The notes under the pieces are model-generated. The model was not told where the DNA came from, made no database searches, and saw only the letters and a program-made list of their open reading frames with translations. Positions 1-21,300 of a stretch of 64,000 nt of DNA are shown piece after piece. The stretch comes from Hydrolagus affinis (Eukaryota). The translations under genes and the position numbers were made by a program. The stretch's first letter is position 1. Each line of letters begins with the position of its first letter. The stretch lies in the NCBI GenBank assembly GCA_012026655.1, contig JAAILG010001144.1:1-64000 (forward strand), read 5' to 3'.

Positions 1-75
1 AAAACAAAAATGGTGTTTCTACAATTTTTCTTCAGTGCAAAACAAACTGACTGTCCGCCAGGTACACACTGACCA

Positions 76-418
76 GTAGCTCAGTGGTTAGAGCCACTCG
101 CCTTACACTCCACAGACTTGGGTTCGATTCCAGGCAGGTCAGGGCCAAACCGTGAGCAAGTTTCCTTACTCCACACACAGAGAGAGAGAGAGACAAACAC
201 ACACAGACAAACGCCTGATAATAACAATCCCTCAAAGAAATATATAATAAATTGGTCATTTCAATCCACGACACTGGGACACTGCTGTGCGCCATTGGCT
301 ACCACATTTCGCCCACAGATATACAGTTGATTTACAGTATATTCTGTGGAGCGCTTTGAGACGTCTAGACGACGTGGAAAAGCGCTATATCAAATGCAAG
401 GATTGTTCTTGTTGTTGC
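76..418 (+). mobile_element. Near full-length tRNA-derived SINE with Deu-like core and L2-type tail
   Basis: A box (AGCTCAGTGGTTAGAGC), B box (GGGTTCGATTCC), core tgctgtgcgccattggct, and tail aagcgctatatcaaatgcaaggatt. Many copies occur in the window. Confidence 0.85.
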
Positions 419-751
419 TCCCCAATGCAACAAGCTCCTCCTCCCTTTTCTATCTTGCCGTGAGCAATATTGATAATAAAAAATAATAATTATACCTGCA
501 CTCGATACAGCGCCTTAATCACATCGTTGAGACACCTCAAAGCGCTTCACAGAATATACCGTTATTTGTTTTGCAGCTGAACCAATATGCGGCAATATTA
601 TAGGCAGTCTGAACAATAACACTCAGTGTTATAGTTCTGTGTACTCAACGCATACATCGAGATCTGGTTAAGTGTACAATTTCCCATGATTTTTTTTTAA
701 GTCAAACAGACTATTTCCATACCCGTTCCCATTTTAGGGAGAAAACAGTTA

Positions 752-900
752 CCAGAAACATAAAAACAGGAGTAGGCCATTCAAGCCTATTCTGACATTC
801 TGTAAAATAATGGCTGATCTGTGCCTCAAGCCCAATTACCCACCCTTGCATTTGTATATTGTTCAATACCCTGACCTAAGAAATAGGCATCGAATAACTG
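752..900 (-). mobile_element. Degraded CR1-like LINE 3' end
   Basis: agaaacataaaaacaggagtaggccattcaagcc...atggctgatct resembles the reverse complement of chondrichthyan CR1 3' ends. Confidence 0.55.
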
Positions 901-1852
901 TTAAACAGTATTCAGTTGTGTCAATTAAATGCTATTGTTTAGTCAGCGGGTGTCGACACATTCGGAAACCCATCACAGGGCTAAAACCCAAACTGAGAAT
1001 TCCACGTATCCCACCTACACTTGGAAATCCCAGACAGAGATTGTTCAAATAGAATGCGTACTTTCTCCAATGGAAGGACAACATTGCTTCTTACCTAAAG
1101 GCAAAACTGTACGCCTTTCCTATTCTTCAAGTTCTCCAACCAACTCTTATCATAAAGCAGAATCTCTTTATAGGCATTGAGACTGACATGCATTGCAAGT
1201 GAATAATTTTCAATTTGTCTCTGGAGACTAGAAGTATAAAGTGATGCATGTGATTGTGTGATACTATCTCAGGTACTCTCCTAGTCCATTCTATGGTAAG
1301 TATGAGATGTGGAAGTGCTTTGAGACATCTCAAAGGCGTCAATGCAAGGATTATTATTATTGAGTCAGCTTGTATTTGAAATCAAGCTGGTTTAGCAATC
1401 TGTGGTGGCACAGCCATTATCTATTTATAGCATCTCCAAAATCTGAATGTGGCAATTCTTCCCTCCCTACCTAGGAGTGCTGAGATAAATTGTAATGCCC
1501 TCAGTATTGCTCTGGGTGAGACCAGAGATCATAACTACTAGTTCTGTAATAGCTGATCTCTGTAACAATTGCACCAAAATTGGGACGAAGCAGCTTGGAC
1601 AAACAATAACAACAAAATTACATTCGTAGAGCGCCTTTCACGTCGGGAGGGTGTCCAAAAGTGCTACAAACACGCAAATAACCAGAGAATTGGTAGTGCT
1701 TCAGGCAAGAAGCAAAGCACTACATTTTAATAATAATAATAACAAACCTTGCATTTGATGTAGCGTCTTGTCACTGAAACACCTCAAAACGCGTCACAAA
1801 ATATATTGTAAAGGTATATTTTCATGTTCATTATTATTTCCAAAAATTTAAG

Positions 1853-10291
<8,439 letters not shown>

Positions 10292-10858
10292 GAGGATGTG
10301 CAACCAACAATTGCCAAGACCTCATAATAATCAACCTACTTCTGCATCAAAGACTTTGAGCTCTTGCAACTGCAGCTGTTTCATGTTTAAGAATGCATGT
10401 GTCAGTTAAATAGTACACTATACAAGGTTTGTAACTCTATTAAAAAGCATTCCATGTCTGCACGTGCGTTTCGAGTTCAGCCTGTTAAAAGTATATTTTC
10501 ACTTGCATTGTGGATGATAAATAATATACCTAAAATGTTCCTGCTTTGAACTTAGTTAACTCAATTCTGTTTTGAAGTATGTTTGTCTTGCAATATGTAG
10601 TGAAAATTGTCCACCAGTCAAGTGCTTTATCCCATTGCCCTTTGGTAACAAGGTATATTATTGATTGAAGATATGCAGTTTGCTTCTATCTTACACATTG
10701 AAGTTATTTGTATTGAAGCATTAAAGCAGCTGTTATGTCCAATTTACAATTATAAAACCAAAATAATGTGGTATTCCAATTATGCACTAGCGAGGAATAT
10801 TTAGTATTGCATTCTAAAAGTACTATTTAAAGAATCAATGTTTTGAATGGGCACCTTT

Positions 10859-10864
10859 AATAAA
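10859..10864 (+). terminator. Probable TOLLIP polyadenylation signal AATAAA
   Basis: AATAAA about 570 nt after the stop, followed by U/GU-rich sequence. ATTAAA variants also occur upstream. Confidence 0.5.
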
Positions 10865-12954
10865 TTGTGCAGCCTTTTGATGTGACTTAATCAAATGTCA
10901 GTTTGCTTTCCTGTGCATTTATCTTTTTGGCTGGGGTGTAAAAATGAGTGTTTGTTAATGTTATCTATGTTAAACACTGAAGTACAAGCTGAAAATGTTT
11001 TTTTTTTAAGCCTACAAGTCCTGGATATACCTTCAGTTGAGACATGGAGCTGTATTGTATTCTATTGTATGATGCCACCAAAGTGGTGCCCGCTTCAGTA
11101 CCAAATCAGTACATTCATCTGTTGCTTCTAGACTTTCCACTAATCCATTAGTTTAGTCTCACTGTTTCTAAATCCACAGATGTTCACACAATTAATGACA
11201 GTTGGATTCAAACTTCATTCCCAGTGGTGAAAGGACTCTTCTCACCCAGTAATTTTTGTCCTAATTTCCTCCCGTTCCTGAAGGCATTGATATTTTAACT
11301 GGTCTATAATTTCATGGCCGTTGATAGCCTCATCCACACAAGTCTGAATCCGGACTTTGATTGTCAGCTGTTTATTCCACCATGGAGGGCATCAGAACAG
11401 AGCCCAATTCTATTTGTACCCAATATCCACAAATGTGCACTTTCCATCGATGGTCCCTGGGTAGCAATCAGGAGCTAATAACTGGCTGTTTTTCCCCATG
11501 CTTTCCCCAATATCTAGTTCAGTAAATTTACAATAATATTTTATTCCCCCAACTCCATATGTTTACACATTTTAATTGAAGTTCACCTTCAATATAAATA
11601 GATAAATGCAAGTTGTACAATGTCAGGTCTAAAAGACAGTTAATTCTTTAAAAAAAAGGTGTTCTCAAACACAATGCCACATTGGAAGTAAATCGAATTA
11701 CACCACTGCCCCCATTAACTTGCAAATTCACCCACAAAATATACAAAGAAACGGCACTTCAGTGTATTCCTTGAAGTTCTTTGCTATGTCTCCTGACTGA
11801 TAAGGCCTGCCAAATGCAAAATTATTAAGGAATTTGACATGGCATTTTCTAATGATTGACTGTCATGGCATCAATGAATTGTTGGCCAATCTTGAGTCTG
11901 CCTTATTTTTAACATTAGTCCACAATTAATTTAGATTTACCTGTCAGACCTGCTTATGAATACAGTGGTTAGCAAAAGCTTATTTTGGTGGTCCCTTCAA
12001 ATTAGTTTCCGCCTCTTCTTTTAGGCTGTGTCTGAGAAACATGTATAATGGTGATTGGATATGACTTCTGTGTGCTATTTATGTTGATAATCAGAAAAAC
12101 CTCTTGGCAATTTAAATAAAGACCATATTGATTATTGTTGAAAAGGAAAATCAAATCTTAGCTAATTTGTATACAAGCAAATAATGAGGCCTGGATAGCC
12201 CAGAGATAAATACAGTTTCAACAACAAATAGTCTCATTGCATAAATGGCATAGCTAATTAATTGCAGACAATGTGAAGGCATATGTGATAAATGTAAATA
12301 TTTTGTAAATTCAAAGTTTTTTTTTGGAATGTTGCTGAATTATCCGGTTCCGATTTCCATTGCACAATAAATCAACCAAACTATTCTGAAAGCCTCTGTG
12401 GAAAAACTTAATCAAATCCCAAAACAGCCTACAGGAAAGCTCACAACCACCATTGATTCTCCAACCGGGGTTGAGTATAATGTCATGTATCTGTATTTTT
12501 GAAGTTATGATCCCTATGTAGCTTTCAGTGGAAAATTTGTATTTGAAACCAAAGTTATTGGTCCTTATTTCTTTAGATTCTTCTGGTTTCAAATAATGAA
12601 ATATAATTGATCAGCAAAAACATGCATTTATATAGCAACCTTGACACTGGGTGGGTCATGTCTCAGTTTGCTCAACTTCCTGAATTGGACTGTGAGTTGG
12701 AGAGTGGGGAGGTGATGGTTGGCAAGTTCCTCAGGTGTGATCTGAAGATGGGCGAAGGGAGCAGATGGAGGATTTGAGACGAGGTGATTCTGGAGTTGGC
12801 TGAAAGCTTGGCCACCAATGGTAGAAGAGAGCCGAAGAACAAGCAGAAGGCTCGAGTCATCTGAACCAAGGGAGCAAATTGAGTGGAATTTAAGCACTTA
12901 AATGGCAGTAATGGTTCCATATATAATACTTGCATTTGCATCTCAAAGTGAAGT

Positions 12955-13110
12955 TAATAATCATCCTTGCATTTGACAGTACTTTTCACGTCTTCTAGAT
13001 GTCTCAAAACACTTCACAGAATATGCTGTAAAGTGAAATTACTATGTTTGTAGGCGAAACACGGCAGCCAATTGCGCACAGTAGTGTCCCACAAACAGCT
13101 GTGGATTGAA
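12955..13110 (-). mobile_element. SINE 3' half
   Basis: Reverse copy of the tail and core seen at 76-418. Confidence 0.8.
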
Positions 13111-13334
13111 GTTAATGGAAGGATTAGCAAAACCGACAGATTTGCGAAAAAAAACCAATAATGTATTAGTTTCATGTTACCTTCAGAGGCAATGCTGTAA
13201 TCTAAAAACATTGTTGTCAACAAGAGTAGTTGCTTCTATCTACCGAGGTGGGTCACAGCAGGGAGACAACACCACGTGAGAGCAATAGCAGTGATCGCTC
13301 CTGGTCACTGTCCGCTGTGGGTTTCAGTGACATC

Positions 13335-14290
13335 CACAAATACAAGGATGACACCCAACTCTATCTCTCTGCCTCCACCATTGATTCCCGGACAACTGAC
13401 ATCCTGACAGATTGTTTGTCTGACATCAAGTCCTGGATGAAAGCCAACTTTCTGTAGCTGAACGTCAGCAAAATTGCACTAGCGCTTCAGCACCTTAGGC
13501 ACTGGCAGCATCAGCATTTGCACACTTCACCTCACCAAGCCAGTTAAGAATCTGGGCATCTTGTTCAACCTCAACTGTCCTTTCTTCTCCATGTCCATGC
13601 TATGACCTGCTCTGCCTCCCCAACCTCTGCAACATTGTCCTGACTCCACCACTGCCTCACACCCCCAAAATTCTTATACACACATTTGTCACCTCAAGGC
13701 TCAACCATGGAAACTCACTCCTTGTCAACCTCCTCTTCACTCCAAAGGCTGCAGATCATCCAGAACTCTGCAGCTCATGTCCTGTCCCACACCAGGCTCC
13801 GCGACCCCATAACCCACCCCCCACCACCTTGCCCACTTTGCTCCCTAACCCTCAATCAATCAATCAAAACTTACATTTATATAGCACCTTTCACGTCGAG
13901 AGGACGTTCCAAAGCATTGTACAGTTAGGGACAAGAGCAGGGGGAAGGGTCGAGGCAGGATGAAGAAGATTAGGAAAATTTACTGTATATTTGTGGGCAA
14001 AACGGGGGGTAAATTTCAAATCCTCATCCTCACTTTCAAGTCCCTCCACAACAGCACTCGATCATCAGCCTCTCTGCCTCCAGTCTTTGGAACTCTATCC
14101 CACAATCCCATTGGCTCCTTTCTTGCCTCGTTCAAGGCACGACTCAAGACCCTACATTTTGGCAGCCTATCCCCCTGTCCGCCCTCATCCCAATCCTGCC
14201 CCCCCCCGCCCACTCAGTTCCTGATCTCTGATCGGTGTTTCAGGACATAAGCCTGACGTGAAAGGCACTTTACAAATGTAATTTTGTTTT
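13335..14290 (+). mobile_element. Degenerate L2-clade LINE (RT C-terminus to 3' end), interrupted by an antisense SINE at about 13853-14010
   Basis: YKDDTQLYLS...DCLSDIKSWMKANFL*LNVSK RT motif, LQIIQNSAAHVL, FQILILTFKSLH, and an L2 tail. Contains stops and frameshifts. Confidence 0.88.
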
Positions 14291-14539
14291 TAGTTATTGT
14301 TGCTTGTGGCTGCCCAGGTATTGCACATTCCATTTCAAGAAATATCTCTCGCATTTTCATTTACAAGTGGGATACAGGTAACTCAGTTTCGTTTTGATTC
14401 TCTTAAACATGATGATGAGTTTCCCAATGTATCAGACACCCGTCTGACCAAACAAAAATGTGTGTGCATCAGCCTGGCTCAGGACTTTGAATTCACTTAG
14501 CCATGCTATGAGTGTCATCACAGACTGAGGGTTAGATTG

Positions 14540-14805
14540 TTCGACATGACATCCCTCAGGTGAGACATTGGGTGCCGTCAGATGGAATTTTAAACATTTT
14601 GAAAAGAGAAGGGAGTTTCTCCTGGTGTTTTGGCCAATAATCCCAATTAAAAATGGTCGATTACTTCTCAGCTGTAGGTGAAACATTGTTGTACACCAAT
14701 CAGCTGCTGCTTTCACTTACAAAAAAGTCACTCCACTTTACACTATATCTTGTGAAGTACTTCAAGAAGTCCTCTCGGTGCTTTATCAAATGTAAGGATT
14801 ATATT
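14540..14805 (+). mobile_element. Older Deu-domain SINE (SacSINE1/AmnSINE-like)
   Basis: gggagtttctcctggtgttttggccaat...cagctgctgctttc...gtgctttatcaaatgtaaggatt. Confidence 0.6.
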
Positions 14806-14871
14806 ACTTTTAATAACTTGAATACAATTATCAAATCAATAATAGTAGGCTACGGTTAATGACTTACGACA

Positions 14872-15050
14872 CAATAATAATAATCCTTGCATTTGATATA
14901 GCGCTTTTCACATCTCATCTCATTCCAAAGCGCTTCACAGAATATACTGTTAAGTGAATTGACTGTATATTTGTGGGCAAAACACGACAGCCAATTGCGC
15001 ACAGCAGTGTCCCACAAACAGTCGTGGATTGAAATGACCAATTTTATTAT
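14872..15050 (-). mobile_element. SINE 3' half
   Basis: Near-identical to 20953-21130. Confidence 0.85.
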
Positions 15051-15424
15051 TGTGGGTTTTTTTTTGGACAGATTATTATAATAAAATAAAAATTATGACA
15101 CATTCAAACACATCAGATTATCTGGATTGAATAGTTGAAGTCTCCTGCAACTTCAATGCCAATTATATCAAAAGTAATCTGACGCTGCAAATACTAAAGT
15201 ATTAATTCAAAATACAGTACGTTAAACAAAAATGAAATAGGGATTAAAATAAGGACAAGTGTAAAAACAAACATTGAACAATGCAGTTCGACAGACGCAT
15301 AGAATTTAGCTGCTTTTATTTACAATTTTAAACACTGAGAGAACTATCTGTTCATGAACATTTTCAAAATGTCACATCACTGCATTACACTGGGTAAAGA
15401 ACATCCTGGATTGAGATCTTTAAT

Positions 15425-15560
15425 ATTAATAATCCTTGCATTTGACTACAGCGCTTCCCACATCTGCTAGACGTCTCAAAGCGCTTTACAGAAAATGCTG
15501 TCAAGTGAATTGATTGTATATTTGTTGGTGAAACGCGACAGTCAATCGCAACACAGCAGT
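15425..15560 (-). mobile_element. SINE 3' half
   Basis: Same tail and core family. Confidence 0.8.
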
Positions 15561-15902
15561 TTAAATACTGTAACCTAATAGAAGCAAACCTTTTATTTGC
15601 AATAAAAATTATTGAAAACCTTTACATTCTTCCAGAAATGCAGCAAATCGTATCCTAAATTTCTACTGTGGCAGCACCATTCCCAAATGAAAAGTGTAAT
15701 AATTGAGTTAGAAACAATTTTGTTTAAATGAAGACAGTTTATGCAATTTGTCTTCCAGGAATGAAAAGGTAAACTGCTTAGAAAAAGAGTAACCATTTTC
15801 CCTCCCCAAATTGAAGATCAGTGTAAATACAATAAGGCCTTAAGAGAAACTGCTCTGGTAAGTTGTAAAAGGGATTCTCACAAAAATTCTCTTCAGAAAA
15901 TG

Positions 15903-16002
15903 NNNNNNNNNNNNNNNNNNNNNNNNNNNNNNNNNNNNNNNNNNNNNNNNNNNNNNNNNNNNNNNNNNNNNNNNNNNNNNNNNNNNNNNNNNNNNNNNNN
16001 NN
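15903..16002. other. Assembly gap (100 N)
   Basis: Run of exactly 100 N, a typical placeholder for a gap of unknown size. Confidence 1.
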
Positions 16003-16191
16003 TGGGTACAGGTCCTAAAGACTATTAATTTTGTCAAAGCATTCCAAAGAACAGAATGAAATGCACACAAGAAAACTGTCAAACCTCAACACAGACGAGG
16101 CTGAAATTTCAGTTTACAAACACATTTGTCCAACAGATTTTCTTGATAAATATTGGATCACCACCATGTTAATACAATTTAAGCAGTTCAC

Positions 16192-16197
16192 TTTATT
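16192..16197 (-). terminator. Probable PPP6R3 polyadenylation signal (AATAAA on -), implying a 3'UTR of about 2.1 kb
   Basis: tttatt on +. On - it is preceded by a Pumilio-type TGTAAATA (16235-16242) and followed by GT/T-rich sequence. The stretch up to the stop at 18307 lacks obvious repeats. Confidence 0.5.
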
Positions 16198-18306
16198 GCA
16201 AACTTTAACTAATGGCATATTAATTTCAACAAGATATTTACATTGTATATTGGATGTACATTTGAAGATAGGACGAATGAGAAATGTATCGTAAAACCAG
16301 AATAATTGGACACTAAGAAGCCAATACTTGTACATTTTGTACCTGCTTGTCTGAATGGTTAGTCCATCCGGATGCAATATAAAACGTTTGTTGCAAAGTA
16401 TTTATGCTATTAAACTTTACATTGCAAATGAAGATTGTCAAGACAGCAAAATAGATCATTTTCTCCTATTTGGCAGCCTCAGCCAAGTAGCACCATCGTA
16501 CCCAAAGTTGGAATTTGGAAACTAATCTCCAAACTCCTCCATTTTCCCTCATTAGAAACAAATAGAAAATAATTACTATCATCTTACTTCAGTTTTTAAA
16601 CATTTTCTACATTTAGAGATGTCACAAAATCCCAGCCTTCAAATACACAAATCTGTGCTAGATTTCAGACATTTAAATGGCAATTCAGATTTACCAGAGT
16701 AAATTTCACTATACTGCCCAAAACTGCTAGAAAGATCATCGAAGATTGCATCCTTTATTGGTGCTGAATCCTAAACTCAGGATGTTAGAATTACCTGTGA
16801 CAATCTTCATTAAAAAATCATTCCACTTTGAATGTGCTAAGGTGCTTAAAAGGTTGTACTGTCAATTTAGTTGATGTAGATGATGCAAAGAATAGGCCAC
16901 AGAAATAGTGAGTACATATCTTATTTTACTTTCCTGAAGCAGACAATTTTCTAACGTAAAAACATTCTTCCAAAAATTCCACTTGCATTACCATCAATTC
17001 TTTTCCTGACTAAAACCAGTACCATTGGCACTTTGTCAAATCACTTTTCCAAAGCTGCCTTAACTTAACTCAACTTAACTAGCTGCCACTCCCATTAACA
17101 GTACATTAAGGTCACAATGAATAAGGGTCAACTTGTTATAATACTTCAAATCCCTGAATTTAATAGCGGAGGCTAACCACTTCATTGTTTTACTTTAGCA
17201 CTGAAAGGGTTCCCACCCTCTCCCTAAAAGTTTTAGCCAACAGATCTATTTCAAGCCAACTATTTCATTAAGTGCTCAGATATCAGTTCCCCCTGATTAA
17301 GTTCTATCATCCTTGCATCTGAAATAAAAGGATTATGTTTGGGAAAAAAACATGGTTAGTTGGTTGAATTCAGCAAAAAAAAGTAAAAGCGAGATCAAAC
17401 AGTTTCAATCATCCAGGCAATGTACTGATGCAGACCTTTAGCAAAGAGAAACACTCACAAGCCACATGCAGCTCAAGGCCAATCTTCAGTGTTCTTCACC
17501 ATTGATTTGAACAACTTCTAAGCATGAAAATGTAAAATCCAGAGGAATGAACCACCTTACGGTTGTTCAGTGACATAACAAATGGCCAACTAGTCTTTAG
17601 TAATAAATACGTTTAAAATCCGTATCAAAGGACTTTCGATTCTACTCATTCTAGAATTCAAGAAATGTTTACGAATAAAACCTGAAGCAAAAAGCCACTG
17701 TTGAACATTTACAATTAGTTTTTCTTCTAGCAATTGGTTTAATATAGGCAAATTGATCAAAATAACAGTTTTACATTTGCAGTTCACTTCTACAATTTAC
17801 TCTGCCCACTGGGAAGAAACACTGAAAGTTAAAATTTTATACAAGATGAAAAAAAGTATGAAAACTTCTAAACACTTTGGTCACACTATGTGTTCCAATT
17901 GGTATATTTCAATTATATACGTCAGGTTTATGTATACACATTTTTATAAAATACTCTACTCTTATAACCATTTAACTATGGCAACAATACTAATATCACG
18001 TGAGTGGCAAGATATTTAATGGACTGATCATCCTGTTTTATATCATGTATTTGATACAAATGCACGCAAGAGAGTTCTTTGTATCTGCCAACATGTAATA
18101 CCCTCATTTATACATTTCTCTCAAACTCTTCTTTGTACATCCATCTTAAAAATCTGATAAGAATATTGCTGGTCCTGATCCCTTGTGAATTTAGTGCAGC
18201 AGTGACTGGCTTTGATAGGCCTAGGCCCAGTGCCTCCAGTGAACCCCACTGATACCCCTGGATAGCAGCTACTCAGACTGGAGCAGCCAACAGCAGAAAT
18301 AATTAA

Positions 18307-18358
18307 TCATGCAGGGCCATTCACGGAAGCTTCGGGTGATGGAACTCGTTGATCTGCC
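18307..18358 (-). CDS. PPP6R3: PPP6R3 terminal coding exon
   Basis: ttttccccccccaccccag|G GCA GAT...GTG AAT GGC CCT GCA TGA; [16 protein letters not shown]. Confidence 0.9.
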
Positions 18359-21300
18359 CTGGGGTGGGGGGGGGAAAAAAAAAGGAATATTTCAAGAAAT
18401 TGGGTCCAATTTATCATACCAATGCAATAAAAAGCACTCAGTTCACCCCAAAGGAAAAACAAAATAGTTTATAACAATTAAAACAAGAACTCCATACTGT
18501 TAGGAAGAACACACAAACATTTTAATGCTCCATACCCCCACCCCCCTTTCAAAACAGGATGCTTGGTTCAAATAGTTTTTAAACAAGATACTGGCGAAGC
18601 TGAAATAAAATAAAGAATCAAACCTTTTACATCACATGAACTACATACAAGTGAAATGACCATTTTGTAAGAATAAAAACGTTAGCAAGTCCTCCACGTC
18701 AGCCATGTTAAGGTGGATTGTCGAACCAATTTAGTGAAGCATTAAAAAGGAAAACAAATGGGAAAACCTGAGCTTCTATTAAATCTAGATGAAGTTCCAA
18801 TTACTTTTTTGCAGATCTAGAAATGAGAATGTGAGCAACTAGCTTGGAAAATCTGTCAGTGTTAACTGACTACACATAAATTAAGTGTACTATAAAACTG
18901 CCATGTGTAGCATTAACCTAAGCAGATTTCTTCTAATTCAAATGTCCTCCGTGGAAATGCTGTATAACTGGAGACTGGATTACTTCAAGCAGAAATGACA
19001 CTGCCAAATATACTTATTGAATAAAATGTTTGGTGTACACAAAATCCACCATGAACTTTCCTCTATGTCTTCGCTGGATTACAAAAAAAGCTTTTTTTCA
19101 TACAGCAGTTGATGTCTTGGTATACGTAATTGCAGGTGGGTTGACACACAAATGTTAAATTCTTGGAAGACACGATTGTGTGCAAATTCCTAATGTTACA
19201 ATAATTCTGAAATTAGATCCATAGAAACAAAACTGCATCCCTCAGAGAGCCGTCTGACTTTTGTGAGAATATGACTCCATTTTAATGAGAATTGAGCGTT
19301 TAGAATTCCAGCAGAATTCTATAAACAGACAAAGAAAAACACTGATAAGGATCTATTTCAGCTTATGTATTTAAGTAATTTCTGTTAAAATAAATTTATC
19401 AACCCAGAACATTTTAAAAGTATTTTTTCTTTTTACAAGTTCAAATATTTACAATTACAAAGTACAAACTCCTACATTCCCTTTTGGTGCAGTTTTCCCC
19501 ACTGCCCTGAACTGCAGGTGTATTATTTATTGCAAGTTTCAATGGCCTATACAAACAGACAACAAAATAATGTGGCTTCCTATTAAGCAAATTTCCAATG
19601 AAACTTAATATAAAGTACAATTGAAAATGTTGCATAAAAAACAAGGCAAACCCCCTCTTCACATCACTGCCACAAGGTATTTTGCAGACTGAGAAACAGA
19701 ACGGGAGACAGAATGAATGAGAACGTCATGCGATTTTAATGTGAACAGTTAATTAAGTGAAATGGAGCAATAGCCAATTTACACAATTATTCTTCATAAA
19801 AAAGCCTATCTATAATCTTGCTTCACAAAAATGTTTGGAATTCAGTGGTTAAAGGGGCTTTTCACCTCTCAGCTAAATTGCAATTGCTTTTGCAACTGAA
19901 TTAACATTTAGATTATTAAGCACATCAAAAATGCTACACATTTTATTATCTCTGTGTCCTTGAATCATTCATAACTTGAATATTTCAGCAATGGGTTTGC
20001 CCCAGTGCTTGGGAGTTCAGCAGCAATAAAACTAAAATCAATCAAGAGTATATTATTAGCCTGTACTCCAAGCACCGTGGAACTGGAGATGCTTTTATTG
20101 CCTGAAACTTAGAAAGTTTTCATTGATAATGTTCACTTTATTGGGATGTCAGAATTAAATTTTATTTAAATTTTGTGTTATCACACAGCTGATGCAATTC
20201 ACGTATTATTGGGGTAAAAAGTAGTAACATGGATCAGTTTGGGTTTATTTCTAAGATAATTTTGTTTTACAATTTGGGTTATTTCTGCAGACTAAGAAAA
20301 ATAGAAAGACTTTCTGACTTTGCAGCGACAACTGAACCAGCATGATGACACTCATCAAGTAAGTGTGCGTTGCCTTTTAAAATTTAACTTTCTAATAAAA
20401 ACAAAAACAAACATGACAATTGAACTAACTTGCAGACTACAATACATACAAGAGGCTTGGAATGTAGATCCTTTAAAAAAATATTATTTGGTTAAGCTGT
20501 ATAGCAACATTTCCCCATTAAAAACAATTTTTGTGCTTCAAAATATGGTTTTCATGTGCTCCATATCAACATTGAACCCAAAATGGAAGATAATCTTAAA
20601 CAGTATATATGGCCACGTTATTGCTCACAGCACCTATTCAAACTAATGCAACAAGTAAAACTCCACTTCTAGATTTACTCAGTGCCCTGATTTGACATGC
20701 TGAACTTAATTTAAGTATTGAATACATTTAATTTTAAATACACAGTACAGTGCAATTGAACAATTCAGCCTCTACTGAAAGTGGCAGTGTCATGCTTGGT
20801 TCAAACTCAATTGTGGTTTTAATTCTGATAGAACAGTAAATTCCAATCTGACATGCTCTTGAGGAGTATTCGAGATGACGCAAGGAAACTTCTACATTCT
20901 GTCTTATGAATACCTTCTCATTGAATATCTATCAAAAGCACTCTGAGATGAGTAATAATAATAATAATCCTTGCATTTGATATAGCGCTTTCCACATCTT
21001 ATCAACGTCCCAAAGCGCTTCACAGAATATACTGTAAAGTGAATTGACTGTATTTATTTGTGGGTGAATCGCAGCAGCCAATTGCGCACAGCAGTGTCCC
21101 CCAAACAGTCGTGGATTGAAATGACCAATTTTATTATTGTTTTTTTTTTTTGGAGGGATTATTATTAGGCGTGTGGAGTAAGGAAACTTGCCCAAGATTT
21201 CACCCTGACCTGCCTGGATTCGAACACAGGTCTCCCCAGCTTGGTAGACAAGTGCTCTAACCACTGAGCCACAGGAGCTCCAGGTGTATCCTATGCAGGG

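Noticed and set aside
76-135. tRNA-like A/B boxes as a tRNA gene (also about 21205-21275 and 32000-32050)
   Set aside because: There is no complete cloverleaf, and the boxes run straight into SINE core and tail, so these are SINE heads.
13230-13457. ORF with an RT-like YxDD motif as a functional reverse transcriptase
   Set aside because: It is a short L2 fragment with stops and frameshifts.
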